Below, one piece after another: positions 49,837-60,278 of a stretch of DNA of 64,000 nt. The number at the start of each line of letters is the position of its first letter. The stretch's first letter is position 1. The notes beneath the pieces are model-generated. The model worked only from the letters and a program-made list of their open reading frames with translations, made no database searches and was not told where the DNA came from. The position numbers and the translations under genes were made by a program. Source of the DNA: Candidatus Krumholzibacteriota bacterium (GTDB taxonomy: Bacteria; Krumholzibacteriota; Krumholzibacteriia; JAJRXK01); the NCBI GenBank assembly GCA_963727455.1, contig CAVSGG010000005.1:96001-160000 (forward strand), given 5' to 3'.

Positions 49837-50535
49837 ATGAAGCTGAATAGGGTTCTCTACGGGTTTCTCATCGTGATGATTGCGCTCATTCCCGCCGGTG
49901 TTGCGGCGCAGGGTGTCGAGCACGAACTCTCCAAGGAGATGCAGAAGAAGGTCGACAGTCTACCCGACAACCTCACGCGCATCGACTATCTCAAGGAGCA
50001 GGCTCAGGCCCATCCGAAGGACCCAGGCATCGCCTTCTCACTGGGAAATCTCTTGCTCGACGAGGGTAAGACCGACGCCGCGGTCGAACAGTACAAGAAG
50101 GCTACGGAGTTGGACGATGCTTACCTGGGCGCCTGGGTGAATCTGGGCAATGCCTACGATGATCTGGATCAACTGGACAACGCGCAAAAGAGCTATCAGA
50201 AGGCCCTGAAGCTCGATCCAACCGACGAAAAGACGCTGTGCAATTTGGGAGGTGTGTATTTCAAGAAGAGGCGGGTCAATTTGGCCTTGGACTGCTTCGA
50301 GAAATCGCTGAAGAACCACCCGAAGTCGCAGCTTACGCGCTACAACATGGCCATTTTGTTCGCGGACTCCGAGATCTACCGGGAAGCCAAGAGAGAATGG
50401 GAAAAGGCGGTGGCCCTCGACCCCAACAGCGATTTGGGAAAGCGCAGCGCGGAGAACATCAAGATCATCGATGATCTCATGAACTCGAAGTCCCCCGAAC
50501 TTCCCAAGGCGGAGGAGAACAAGGCCTCCAAGTGA
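49837..50535 (+). CDS. Secreted TPR repeat protein
   Basis: Signal peptide; LGN..A..YKKA..LDP repeats. Confidence 0.85.
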   Translation: MKLNRVLYGFLIVMIALIPAGVAAQGVEHELSKEMQKKVDSLPDNLTRIDYLKEQAQAHPKDPGIAFSLGNLLLDEGKTDAAVEQYKKATELDDAYLGAWVNLGNAYDDLDQLDNAQKSYQKALKLDPTDEKTLCNLGGVYFKKRRVNLALDCFEKSLKNHPKSQLTRYNMAILFADSEIYREAKREWEKAVALDPNSDLGKRSAENIKIIDDLMNSKSPELPKAEENKASK

Positions 50536-51680
50536 TCGTGCCGCAGACCGGCGCCGCCCCCTCTAGGAGACCGATGTGGAAGGAAGTGACACTCCCTGCT
50601 CCCGGCTCCCGCGTGGTCGTGGGGCTTTCTGGAGGTGTTGACAGCGCGGTCACCGCGCTCCGCCTCAAAGAACGCGGCTGCGAAGTTCTAGGGGTCACCA
50701 CCCGCAATTTTTGCGAGGACGACCTCCCGGGCGGATCCACGGACTTCGAGCGCTCATGCTGCTCGCGCGAGGCCATCGCGGCGGCGCGCGAACTGGCATC
50801 CGACCTGGGAATCGCCCACCACGTGCTGGACCTCGCAAAGCCTTTCTCAAAGCAAGTCATCGAAGATTTCGTTCTCGAATACCAATCGGGTAAGACCCCG
50901 AATCCCTGCGTTCGCTGTAACCGCTTCGTGCGCTACCCCTATCTTCTCGAGTTCGCACGCCGCATGAACGCCGGCTTCGTCGCCACTGGCCATTACGCCC
51001 GGCTCTTCGAACATCCAAACAGCGGCCGGCACGTTGCGCGCGCGAGGGACGAATCCAAGGATCAGTCCTATTACCTGCACGGGCTTCGTTCCGAGATTCT
51101 GCAGCACTGCGTGTTCCCCTTGGGAGAGCTGTACAAGTCCGAGGTGCGCGAGCAAGCGCATGCGCATGGCCTGCCCGCGGCAGATACTCCAGAGAGCCAG
51201 GAGATCTGTTTCGTCCCCGGGGGGGATCGCTCGGCAATCGTCGCGGGTGGAACGGGCCCCGGCGAAATCGTCGATCGGAGGGGAGAAGTCCTCGGCCACC
51301 ATCGAGGTCTTGCTCACTACACGGTGGGCCAGAGAAGGGGTTTGCAGCTCAACGCAAATGGAAGCCACTATGTTGTCCAACTCGATGCGGAGACGAACCG
51401 CGTCATCGTGGGGAATGAGGAGGATCTGCTTCGCGACCGACTGATTTGTGACCAGGCGTGGTTGAGAGATCCGCTGGAGTCTTCGCCGGGACTCTCGGCG
51501 CGCACGCGCTCCCGCCATCGCGGTTGCGCCGTCCGCAATCTACGCTACGAGAGCGGACGGATGGAAGTGCGGCTCGCAGAGGCCGACCGGGCTCCCGCGC
51601 CGGGGCAATCGCTGGTTCTCTATCGTGAAGGCGTCGTCGTAGGAGGCGGACGTATCAAGGAGGCGAAATGCGCAAACTGA
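50532..51680 (+). CDS. mnmA: tRNA 2-thiouridylase
   Basis: SGGVDS, TPNPCVRCN, ATGHYAR, KDQSY, SQEICF, YTVGQRRG, PGQ. Confidence 0.95.
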   Translation: MIVPQTGAAPSRRPMWKEVTLPAPGSRVVVGLSGGVDSAVTALRLKERGCEVLGVTTRNFCEDDLPGGSTDFERSCCSREAIAAARELASDLGIAHHVLDLAKPFSKQVIEDFVLEYQSGKTPNPCVRCNRFVRYPYLLEFARRMNAGFVATGHYARLFEHPNSGRHVARARDESKDQSYYLHGLRSEILQHCVFPLGELYKSEVREQAHAHGLPAADTPESQEICFVPGGDRSAIVAGGTGPGEIVDRRGEVLGHHRGLAHYTVGQRRGLQLNANGSHYVVQLDAETNRVIVGNEEDLLRDRLICDQAWLRDPLESSPGLSARTRSRHRGCAVRNLRYESGRMEVRLAEADRAPAPGQSLVLYREGVVVGGGRIKEAKCAN

Positions 51681-54181
51681 TTCGTGTGCTCATCGGATTG
51701 GCAGTCGTGTTCGCTCTTTTGGTAATCGCGGTGCGGTTGTTTCTCCCTGCAGACAAGATCCAGAGTTTTCTCTTTCGGGAATTAGAGTCGCGTACCGGAC
51801 TACACGCTGAAGCGGAAAAAGCGTCGATCCAGTTTCCCTGGCCGGTTGGTCTTCGATTGGAGGGGTTGAAGATCACCTCGCCTGGTGGTACCAAGGGTGG
51901 CATTCCTCGCCTGCAGGGCGAGGTCAAGGAGGCCCTGGCGCGCGCGGACTTCATGTCGCTCTTGCACAAGAAACCGCAAGTGCAGGAAATCCGTCTGGAA
52001 AATCCGCGCCTGGAAGTTTGGATGCCGCAAGCTAGCCCTTCGAAGACAGGGTCCGGCGGCAGCGGATCCAAGGCGGCAGCGAAACCTTCTACGAACTCGG
52101 CGGCCACCGCTCTCGCGCTCGGCTTGCTCAGCATCGACGACGGCAGGCTTGTAGTGCACCAGCCTGACGCTTCCACCGTCACCGTGGAAGGCCTGAACCA
52201 GAAGGCGCATTTCCAACTCGACGAGACCGGGCGATTCGCAGGGCGTCTCGATTCCGAGATTGCCAGCCTCGTCCTCGCAGACGCGGACCACAAGCAGACC
52301 CAGAGCCTCGACAAGCTCAGCGCCGACATCACGGTGGCGGGCACCATCGAGCCGCTCGACCTCCGCGCCCAGATCGACCACCTCAGCGCGGCGGGCTTGA
52401 GTCTGAAGGGTCCCTTCCAGTACCGCAAAGGCACCTCGCAGCCCTGGATCGACACGAATCTCCAGTGGGAGATGGATCCGGTCGAAGCGCGCGCGCGGCT
52501 GAAAGCTGCCGCGGATTCCCCGATGAAGAACTGGGATTTCACCGCGGAAGCTCTGCGCGGCAGCTTGCAGGCCAAAGGGGAATTACCGTCGCCTTCAGCT
52601 GGTCCCGCTGCGTGGCTGGACTTGGTTCAGCTCCGCGGGAAGGTCGATGGAATCAAGATCTCTGCCTTGGGTCGCGGGGATCTCGTGAGCGGCGCGTTTG
52701 GCTTCGCGCAACACGGAGATGAGATCATCCTCGACCCCCTCCAGATGGAGCTGCCAGGTGCCACCCTGAGCGGTCACGTTAGCGCCCCCGCACTGGGCAA
52801 GGGGAGAGTGAACGGAGAGCTGAAACTGCAGCGAGCCGATCTGGGAAAGCTGAAAGCTCTTCTTGCCTCGGTGTGGGATCAGTTGCCCGACAGTCTGGTA
52901 GCTGGCTCGACCCCCCCTGCGCAATGGCCTGGGATCGAGGGTGGCCTCAGCGGTACGATTGCGCTGAAGCTCCCGCTTCCCTTGCCGAAGAAACTGCCGG
53001 CCACTGCGGTGACGGGTGAGTTGTCGCTGGCTCGAACTTCCGTAGCCGCCGAGTCTCTCAGCGACAGTCTCGTCATTCGCTCGGGAACCATAGCTGCCAC
53101 CAGCCAGAGCGCCGAGCTGAGCAAGATCGCTCTCTCCAGCAGCGGTCTCGAAGCTTCGCTGCAGGGAAAGCTGGACGGTTGGCCGCAGGAATACCGATTC
53201 GTGGGAAGTGCGAACTTCGCTCTCCTGGATCTCGACAAACTCCTGAAGGAGAGCGGGGAGAAGCAAGCGCGCGCATCGGGCAAGTGGTGGAGTGTGGACT
53301 CAGCCTACGCGCAGGAAGCCAAGCAGGAGTTCCCCGCGCCCCCCAAGAAGCTCGAACTGCAAGTTCAGCTTTCGGCGCAGAAGTTTCGCAGTCGCGGATA
53401 CGAGGTCGAGAATCTGACCGGCCAACTCGACTTGCGCGACCAGCGAATGAAGCTGAGCGATCTCAAGGGAAGCATGGGCGGAGGAAAGCTCCTGGGCCAG
53501 GGGAGTGTGGACTGGAACGTGAAGCCCTCCAGCTGGAAAGGGCAAGTGGAGGCACAGCAAGTTTCGGCGGCCTCTTGTCTCTCTCCCTTCGCTCCCAAGC
53601 TTGCTCAGGCTTTTCAGAGTTCTCTCTCCGGTCTGATTCAGTTGAACGGGCCACTCACCAGCGACCGCAAGGTGATCCTTGAGGCCCTCAGCGGGGGCGG
53701 TGCACTCAAGGGTTCCGCGGGCGAGTTTCTCACAGGCACTCTCCTGGGAGAGGAACTCGACAAGCTTCCGGGCAAGATGGCCCAGAGCTTACGTGACATC
53801 CCCTTCAAGGAGTTCCTCACGCAAGTGAGGTTCGAAGGGGGGAAGGCGCACTTCGATCAGGCGATCCTCAAGGGCCCCACTCAGCTCAAGGCCGATGGGT
53901 GGGCCGGCTTCGATGGGACCGTCGACTACCAGCTGGAACTGAAGTTGCCGCCGGGAGAAAATCTGGATCTTGGATCGCTCACTCCTCTGACGGAATTTTT
54001 GCGTGAAAAAGACGGACGCATCACGATCCCGTTTCATGTGAGCGGCCGCGGCTCGAAACCCACGGTGACGCCCGAACTTGAGGCGGCGGAGAAGCGGGCG
54101 AAGGATGCAGTCAATCAGAATCTGGGCAACAAGCTCCAGGATCTGCTGAATGGTCTGAAGCGCAAGAAAGGTGGGGGTTGA
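51668..54181 (+). CDS. AsmA family protein
   Basis: N-terminal anchor, beta-taco-like repeats, C-terminal IPFHVSG..KP. Confidence 0.8.
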   Translation: MRKLIRVLIGLAVVFALLVIAVRLFLPADKIQSFLFRELESRTGLHAEAEKASIQFPWPVGLRLEGLKITSPGGTKGGIPRLQGEVKEALARADFMSLLHKKPQVQEIRLENPRLEVWMPQASPSKTGSGGSGSKAAAKPSTNSAATALALGLLSIDDGRLVVHQPDASTVTVEGLNQKAHFQLDETGRFAGRLDSEIASLVLADADHKQTQSLDKLSADITVAGTIEPLDLRAQIDHLSAAGLSLKGPFQYRKGTSQPWIDTNLQWEMDPVEARARLKAAADSPMKNWDFTAEALRGSLQAKGELPSPSAGPAAWLDLVQLRGKVDGIKISALGRGDLVSGAFGFAQHGDEIILDPLQMELPGATLSGHVSAPALGKGRVNGELKLQRADLGKLKALLASVWDQLPDSLVAGSTPPAQWPGIEGGLSGTIALKLPLPLPKKLPATAVTGELSLARTSVAAESLSDSLVIRSGTIAATSQSAELSKIALSSSGLEASLQGKLDGWPQEYRFVGSANFALLDLDKLLKESGEKQARASGKWWSVDSAYAQEAKQEFPAPPKKLELQVQLSAQKFRSRGYEVENLTGQLDLRDQRMKLSDLKGSMGGGKLLGQGSVDWNVKPSSWKGQVEAQQVSAASCLSPFAPKLAQAFQSSLSGLIQLNGPLTSDRKVILEALSGGGALKGSAGEFLTGTLLGEELDKLPGKMAQSLRDIPFKEFLTQVRFEGGKAHFDQAILKGPTQLKADGWAGFDGTVDYQLELKLPPGENLDLGSLTPLTEFLREKDGRITIPFHVSGRGSKPTVTPELEAAEKRAKDAVNQNLGNKLQDLLNGLKRKKGGG

Positions 54182-54336
54182 GGGCGCTCCGTCGTCTTGA
54201 CACCCCCAGGGGGCGGTGCTAGATTACTGCACCGCTGCCGTCGGCCCTTGATTGCCGTGCAAGTGTGCGATTTCAAACGGCTTACGGTACCCCCTCCCGC
54301 CAAGGGTTAAGGCGCGGGGGCGCCCTTGAGGTTTAG

Positions 54337-54423
54337 GGAGGGCTAGACCTAACTGGTAAGGCAGCGGTCTTGAAAACCGCCGGGCGTTTGCCCTTGGGGG
54401 TTCGAGTCCCCCGCCCTCCGCCA
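54337..54423 (+). tRNA. tRNA-Ser(UGA)
   Basis: GCGGT-CT-TGA-AA-ACCGC anticodon arm, long variable arm, CCA. Confidence 0.93.
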
Positions 54424-54479
54424 TCTGGCGAGCGAAAGCGCAGGAGCGCTTCGGCCGGGGAGGCCAACAGGAAACTACT

Positions 54480-54567
<88 letters not shown>

Positions 54568-54593
54568 GATCGGGGGCTTTGCCCGAAAAGTTT

Positions 54594-54670
54594 GCGCCCA
54601 TAGCTCAACTGGATAGAGCGTTTGGCTACGGACCAGAAGGTTGGGGGTTCGAGTCCTCCTGGGCGCACCA
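54594..54670 (+). tRNA. tRNA-Arg(ACG)
   Basis: Anticodon loop CT-ACG-GA, T arm, CCA. Confidence 0.95.
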
Positions 54671-54748
54671 TCGAGGAGGAAGGGCCGGAAGCGAGAGACC
54701 TCCGGCCCTTCCGCTAATTCCTACACTCTTCAGCGAAAGGGAATCCTC

Positions 54749-55363
54749 GTGAGGAATCGAAGAAACACCTTGGTTCGAGTCTTTTCGGCGGGTGTTTTCC
54801 TGCTCAGTGTCGCCGTGGCGGCCTGTGCTCAGGACTCAACTTCCACCACTGCCGAGGAGATGACCGTGCCGCAAGAAGGTACCCGTGTTCAGCTCGAGAC
54901 CTCTCTTGGAACCATTACTCTGCGCCTCTACGACAAGCTCGCTCCCAAGGCAGTCGAGAACTTTCTCGGCCTGGCCAAGAAGGGCTATTACGACGGGGTC
55001 ATCTTCCACCGGGTAATCCCCGGCTTCATGATGCAGGGTGGCGACCCCACCGGCACTGGCTATGGCGGTCAGAGCCTTTGGGGAGAGCCTTTCGAGGACG
55101 AGATCTCCGACAGTCTCACCTTCGACAAGCGGGGTATCCTCGCGATGGCCAATGCCGGCCCCCACACGAACGGCAGCCAGTTCTTCATCACTTTCGCCGC
55201 CACTCCCTGGCTCAATGGTCGACACACCATCTTCGGTGAAGTAATCGATGGCATGGATGTGCTCGACAAGGCGGAGAAGGTGGAGATCGGTCCAAAGGAC
55301 AAACCAGTGGAGGACATCGTCATCAACGGCGTGAAGGTGCTGAAGTCCCAAGCTGAAGAATAG
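54749..55363 (+). CDS. Cyclophilin-type peptidyl-prolyl isomerase, exported
   Basis: FHRVIPGFMMQGGDPTGTG, AMANAGP, NGSQFFIT; signal peptide with possible lipobox VAAC. Confidence 0.93.
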   Translation: MRNRRNTLVRVFSAGVFLLSVAVAACAQDSTSTTAEEMTVPQEGTRVQLETSLGTITLRLYDKLAPKAVENFLGLAKKGYYDGVIFHRVIPGFMMQGGDPTGTGYGGQSLWGEPFEDEISDSLTFDKRGILAMANAGPHTNGSQFFITFAATPWLNGRHTIFGEVIDGMDVLDKAEKVEIGPKDKPVEDIVINGVKVLKSQAEE

Positions 55364-55476
55364 AGATCGGAACTTGATTCGTCTCTCGTGAACTCCGGCC
55401 CCCGTTTTCCCGCTCAGGGACGGGGGCCTTTGTCTACGATCCTCCAAGGTCCTGTCCCTGGGCAAAGGAACCCCTC

Positions 55477-57366
55477 GTGCGTAGCCCACTCAAATTCATA
55501 TTCCTCTGGCTGATTCTCCTTCCTTCTTTCGCCTGGGCTTACCCGGCAACCGGAAGTCATGGTTTTGGGATGACCGTCTTTCAGGGACGACAGCCCCAGC
55601 GCTTCGAGGTCGAGTTTCTCGGCGTCCTGCAGCGCGCGGGTTCGACCGGAGATGTCCTTCTGGCGCGGCTCTCCGGAGGACCTCTGAAGGAGACAGGAGT
55701 CCTGCAGGGAATGAGTGGAAGCCCGGTGTGGGTTGGAGACGAACTGGTGGGGGCGGTCGCGGCAACTTGGGCGTTCGCGAAGGAGCCCATGGCACTGATC
55801 CGGCCCATCGACGAGATGCGCAAACTACGCAGCTACCTCGACGAAGGAAAGCACCCCACTTGGTCACCCGGGGATCGACTAGCGCCTGCCCCTGACGCGG
55901 TCGTGGCGCCGGCTCCCTTCGACCAGGCGCGCGAGCTCAGCGAGCTCGGTCTGTCGGACAAAACCGAGGCCCCCAGTACTCCCGATCCTCTGGGCGATGA
56001 TCTCTGGCCCTTGGGCAAGATGGAAGGACTCAGCTGGAGCGAGTCCGGTCTGAGTGCAGCGGTGCGCGCAGCGCTCGAGCGACGCATGGGAACTTCCCTG
56101 GCTCCGGCGCTGAGCGCGGGTGCGGTGAGTACAGGGGGCACGGACAAGCCTGACGAGGGCGTATCGCAGCGAGCGAAACACGACTCTACGAATGAAGTGG
56201 TTCACCCCGGCGACGCGCTGGCGGTGCTTCTGGTGAGTGGGGACGCCCAACTTGCGGCCACCGGGACTGTGACAGAAGTCGACGGCGACGACCTTTTGGC
56301 CTTCGGTCACCCCTTCCTCGGCGCAGGCCCCGTGAGTCTCCCGATGTACGAGGCCGAGGTGGTGGGCGTGCTACCCAGTCAACAGATTTCCTTCAAGATC
56401 ACCAATCCCACGCGTGAGATCGGGGCCCTGCTCTTGGATCGTCCAACCGGCGTTGCGGGACGGCTCGGAGTGCATGCGGACACCATGCCGGTGGAGGTGG
56501 AGGTCACGGGGGAGAGTGGAGAGAGCCATCTCTTTCATTATCAGATCGCGCGGCATCCCAGTGTGGGACCTCCTCTCGTGTATTGGTGCGTGCAAAATTC
56601 CCTCTCCGCGCTTTCCGATCTGTCCACCCTTACCACCGCGCAGATGAAAATCGAGTTGGACATCCAAGGCGAAGCGCCGCTCAGCAGCACGGCCGCGGTG
56701 ACGGGACTGGAAACCGGGGGTGAGTTGGCGAAAGAGGTGATGCTGCCGCTAAGTTTGCTCACCTTCAATCCCGGACATTCCGTGCGCGTCGAGAAAGCGA
56801 AGATCTCGCTGACGCTTCGGCGGGGGATCCAGTCGGCCAGTTTGGGCCGTGCGCGGGTGCGTCCGGCCCGTCCCAAGCCTGGGGATACGCTCACGGTGGG
56901 GGTGGAACTCTTGCCCTATCGCTCGCAGCCGCAGTGGACAAAGTTTTCGATGCCGCTTCCCGCAGATCTCCCCGAGGGCAAGTACGTCTTGCATATAAGC
57001 GACGGGAGCACGGCCTTCGCCACAGAACTGAACCGAGCCCAAGAGCGGTGGAGTTATCCTGGCCTCCGTCCCATCCGGGAAGCTTTCGCCAAACGGCGGC
57101 CCGCCAACACTCTGGTCGCCGTTCTCTACGGACGTCCGGCTTCCGCAGTGGTGCAGGGGAGAGAGTGGGAGAACTTGCCCGGCAGCGTGCAAGAGGTGAT
57201 GCGAGAGTCCCAGGGCAGCCAAGCCAACGAAGGCGTGAAGGCGGCGGTGATTCTGCGTCGAGAGAAGGAAACCGATTGGGTACTCTCCGGCGACATCGTG
57301 CTGCCTTTGCTCATTGCCAATCCCGACCACGGGCAAGAAGAAAACAGCTCATCTGCGAAACAGTGA
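55477..57366 (+). CDS. SpoIVB peptidase S55 domain protein
   Basis: GMTVFQG, GVLQGMSGSPV..LVGAV, GTVT..LAFGHPF. Confidence 0.85.
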   Translation: MRSPLKFIFLWLILLPSFAWAYPATGSHGFGMTVFQGRQPQRFEVEFLGVLQRAGSTGDVLLARLSGGPLKETGVLQGMSGSPVWVGDELVGAVAATWAFAKEPMALIRPIDEMRKLRSYLDEGKHPTWSPGDRLAPAPDAVVAPAPFDQARELSELGLSDKTEAPSTPDPLGDDLWPLGKMEGLSWSESGLSAAVRAALERRMGTSLAPALSAGAVSTGGTDKPDEGVSQRAKHDSTNEVVHPGDALAVLLVSGDAQLAATGTVTEVDGDDLLAFGHPFLGAGPVSLPMYEAEVVGVLPSQQISFKITNPTREIGALLLDRPTGVAGRLGVHADTMPVEVEVTGESGESHLFHYQIARHPSVGPPLVYWCVQNSLSALSDLSTLTTAQMKIELDIQGEAPLSSTAAVTGLETGGELAKEVMLPLSLLTFNPGHSVRVEKAKISLTLRRGIQSASLGRARVRPARPKPGDTLTVGVELLPYRSQPQWTKFSMPLPADLPEGKYVLHISDGSTAFATELNRAQERWSYPGLRPIREAFAKRRPANTLVAVLYGRPASAVVQGREWENLPGSVQEVMRESQGSQANEGVKAAVILRREKETDWVLSGDIVLPLLIANPDHGQEENSSSAKQ

Positions 57367-57388
57367 ACGAAAACCCTAGGAGACTTTC

Positions 57389-59458
57389 ATGCGGCGCTTC
57401 GCCTTGTCCATTCTGACGTCTCTGTTGCTCCTGCATTCTGCCGCTTCCTTTGCGGCCGGAACGCGCAACGTGATTCATCGTGCGGGCGACTTCCTGAAAG
57501 GAGAGATGAAGGGGGTAGGGCTGGATGCGGAGGGCCGACTGTCTCCCGCGCCCATGCAGAGTCAGGAATGGAAGACCGACGCAGATTATGTCTGGTGTCT
57601 CGCCCGCGACGCGCAGGACCGACTCCTCGTCGGCACGGGCAACTCGGGGGTGATCTATCGCCAGGAGGGGGAGGCCCTGAAGCCCTGGTCTCTCTCGCTG
57701 GGTCTGGAGGTACTGTCGTTGCTCAGCAGCGGCAAAACTGTCCTCGCGGGCACGGCACCCGACGGTACGGTCTACCGCGTCGCCGCCGACGGTTCGGCGA
57801 GTGTCGCCCTGGAGTCGGGACAACAGTCCATTTGGTGTTTGGCCAAAGGCAAAGAGCCCCATACCTGGCTGGCGGGGACTGGACCGGAAGCGCAGCTCCT
57901 GCGTTTGAAGAATGGACAGACCCAAGGCGAGTTGATTCACGCATTTCCCGCCGCGAACCTCGTCGCCATCGTCGAGGATGCATCCGGTTTCTGGGTTACG
58001 ACGCATGCCCCCGCTCTCTTGTATCGCGTGGAAGGCAACGAAGTGAACCCGCCTCGCCTCGTGTACGAGGCTCCTCGAGGAGAGATTCGCAGCACGGTGA
58101 GCGATGGCGCTCAGGGAGTGTATCTCTTGCTCCTCGAGTCATCGAAACAAGCGAGTAACTCGGGTCAGAACGCCGCCGACCACAGTCGGATCCTCTGGCT
58201 TCCCGCCGACGGGGGAAGGGTGGAAGTCTACGCTGTGGATCGCCGCCTTTTGAGTTTGGCCCGCATGCCCGACGGAACCCTGGTGGCGGGCGAAGCCGAA
58301 ACCGGACGACTTCATCACATCGAGCCCTTGCGCGCCCGGGGTACCATGTGGGGTGATCTCGAGGGAGGGGATCCTCTCTGTATCCTCGTCTCCGACAAGG
58401 GCGGACTCGACATCGGGACCGGCAATCCGGGCAGCGTGTTTCACTTGAAGCCGGCCGCGGCCACGACAGGACAGTTCACTTCTCCCGTCATCGACACTGC
58501 GGGAGCGATTGCTTGGGGGCGTATTCGAGCGGAAACCGAGGGCGGGAAAGTCGAGGTGAGAACTCGCAGCGGGATTCGCAAGGAGCCCGATGCCAGCTGG
58601 AGCCACTGGAGCGATGCGCAGCCCGTCGGAAGGAAAGTCGACGCACCTCTCGCTCCATACCTGCAGTATCGTCTCGAACTGGATGCGGGCGAGCCATTGG
58701 CTCGCGTGAGCAGTGCGCGCATGAGCTGGCGTGAGAGAAACCTCGCTCCGCAACTGCAAGAGGTCCGCGTGGAACCCGCCGAAGCCACACTCTATGCGGG
58801 GGGAGCCAACAGCGGCCCTCCCTCTCCGGTGAGTCAGCAGTTCGACGACGGTCTCCAGGTGGAATACTCCATGTACCAGGCGAGGCAGCCCGCGGCTCCG
58901 GAAACGAGCACCTGGGCTCGCGGTCTGCGCAGCATCCGTTGGAAGGCGGAGGACCCCAACTCGGATCGGCTCAGGTTCGCCGTCGAGGTACAACGGCTGG
59001 GTTCCAAGAGCTGGTATACCCTCGGCAAGGACCTGGAGGCTCCCGTGTACGCGTGGGATACTCGCGCCTTCGAGGACGGGGCCTATCGGGTTCGGGTACG
59101 GGCCGACGACGGGATGGACAATGACCCAGACTCCGCCCTGAGCAGCGAACAGCTCAGCGCACTCGTCACCGTAGACAACACCCCCCCGGTCTTCACGCAC
59201 CTGAAGTGGAAAACGAACGAGGGTCAAGAGATCGAGGGAGAGGTGAAGGACGAAGTTTCACCATTGACCATGCTCTCGATGAAATGCGGGAAGGGTGAGT
59301 GGACTCCGGTAAGACCGGTCGACGCAGTTCTGGACGGTCCGGACGAAACTTTTCATCTTCATTTGAGCCCAGAATGTCTCGCAGACTCGGGGAGAATCTG
59401 GCTGCGCGCGGTCGACGCGGCGGGAAACGTGGTTCTGCGCGAACTCCAACGACCATGA
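57389..59458 (+). CDS. Secreted beta-propeller protein with C-terminal Ig-like domains
   Basis: Repeated (V/A)GTG/GTA..G.(I/V)YR blades, TRSG..PD..WS.WS, WDT..DG.Y, VDNTPP, AVDAAGN. Confidence 0.8.
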   Translation: MRRFALSILTSLLLLHSAASFAAGTRNVIHRAGDFLKGEMKGVGLDAEGRLSPAPMQSQEWKTDADYVWCLARDAQDRLLVGTGNSGVIYRQEGEALKPWSLSLGLEVLSLLSSGKTVLAGTAPDGTVYRVAADGSASVALESGQQSIWCLAKGKEPHTWLAGTGPEAQLLRLKNGQTQGELIHAFPAANLVAIVEDASGFWVTTHAPALLYRVEGNEVNPPRLVYEAPRGEIRSTVSDGAQGVYLLLLESSKQASNSGQNAADHSRILWLPADGGRVEVYAVDRRLLSLARMPDGTLVAGEAETGRLHHIEPLRARGTMWGDLEGGDPLCILVSDKGGLDIGTGNPGSVFHLKPAAATTGQFTSPVIDTAGAIAWGRIRAETEGGKVEVRTRSGIRKEPDASWSHWSDAQPVGRKVDAPLAPYLQYRLELDAGEPLARVSSARMSWRERNLAPQLQEVRVEPAEATLYAGGANSGPPSPVSQQFDDGLQVEYSMYQARQPAAPETSTWARGLRSIRWKAEDPNSDRLRFAVEVQRLGSKSWYTLGKDLEAPVYAWDTRAFEDGAYRVRVRADDGMDNDPDSALSSEQLSALVTVDNTPPVFTHLKWKTNEGQEIEGEVKDEVSPLTMLSMKCGKGEWTPVRPVDAVLDGPDETFHLHLSPECLADSGRIWLRAVDAAGNVVLRELQRP

Positions 59459-59952
59459 GTCGGTTCGATGGCGCACCGGAGATCGAGTTCGGCGGCTCAC
59501 GCTCGACGGACGAACGCTTCATGCGCCTGGCTCTGCTGGAAGCCTCGGCGGCGCTGGAAGAGGATGAAACCCCGGTGGGAGCGGTGGTGGTGCAGGACGG
59601 GCGCGTGGTCGGACGTGGCCACAATCGGGTAGAAGCTCTCGGCGATGCGACGGCGCACGCGGAGATCCTTGCCATCGGCGCGGCCGCGACCACCCTGGGG
59701 GATTGGCGGCTGAACGGCGCCACCCTGTACGTGAACATGGAGCCCTGTATCATGTGCACGGGCAGCCTCCTTCTGTCGCGAATTCGCCGTTTGGTCTACG
59801 GATTGCGGGACCCACGCGCCGGAGCGTGCGGCTCCCGGCTGGACCTCGTGCAGGCCAATCCCTACAACCACGAAATGCTGCTCCTGGACGGGTGCCTTGC
59901 CGCAGAGAGTGAGGCCCTACTCAGCGAGTTCTATCGCAAGCTGCGCGATTGA
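59455..59952 (+). CDS. tadA: tRNA adenosine-34 deaminase
   Basis: PVGAV, TAHAE, EPCIMC. Confidence 0.9.
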   Translation: MSRFDGAPEIEFGGSRSTDERFMRLALLEASAALEEDETPVGAVVVQDGRVVGRGHNRVEALGDATAHAEILAIGAAATTLGDWRLNGATLYVNMEPCIMCTGSLLLSRIRRLVYGLRDPRAGACGSRLDLVQANPYNHEMLLLDGCLAAESEALLSEFYRKLRD

Positions 59953-60030
59953 GACCTCTGTTCCTTGAAAATGGAGGACGAGTCACTATCATCTTGTGGC
60001 CGGAAGGGGAACATCCCCCCGGTCCAATGA

Positions 60031-60118
60031 GGAGAGATGCGAGAGCGGCTGAATCGGCACGACTGGAAATCGTGTGTACCGAGAGGTACCGTGGGTTCGA
60101 ATCCCACTCTCTCCGCCA
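60031..60118 (+). tRNA. tRNA-Ser(GGA)
   Basis: CACGA-CT-GGA-AA-TCGTG anticodon arm, long variable arm, CCA. Confidence 0.95.
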
Positions 60119-60165
60119 CATTTTCGACCCTTGTCCGGGAGTGAACCCGGGCTCGTAGACTTTGC

Positions 60166-60255
60166 GGAGAGGTGCCGGAGCGGTCGAACGGGACGGTCTC
60201 GAAAACCGTTGATCTCGCAAGGGGTCCCAGGGTTCGAATCCCTGCCTCTCCGCCA
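60166..60255 (+). tRNA. tRNA-Ser(CGA)
   Basis: ACGGT-CT-CGA-AA-ACCGT anticodon arm, long variable arm, CCA. Confidence 0.95.
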
Positions 60256-60278
60256 TACCCGGTCCGCGCCCAGGTTTC

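Noticed and set aside
54337-54423. Possible selenocysteine or suppressor tRNA
   Set aside because: Anticodon TGA reads UCA (Ser); tRNA-Sec needs TCA and an extended acceptor stem.
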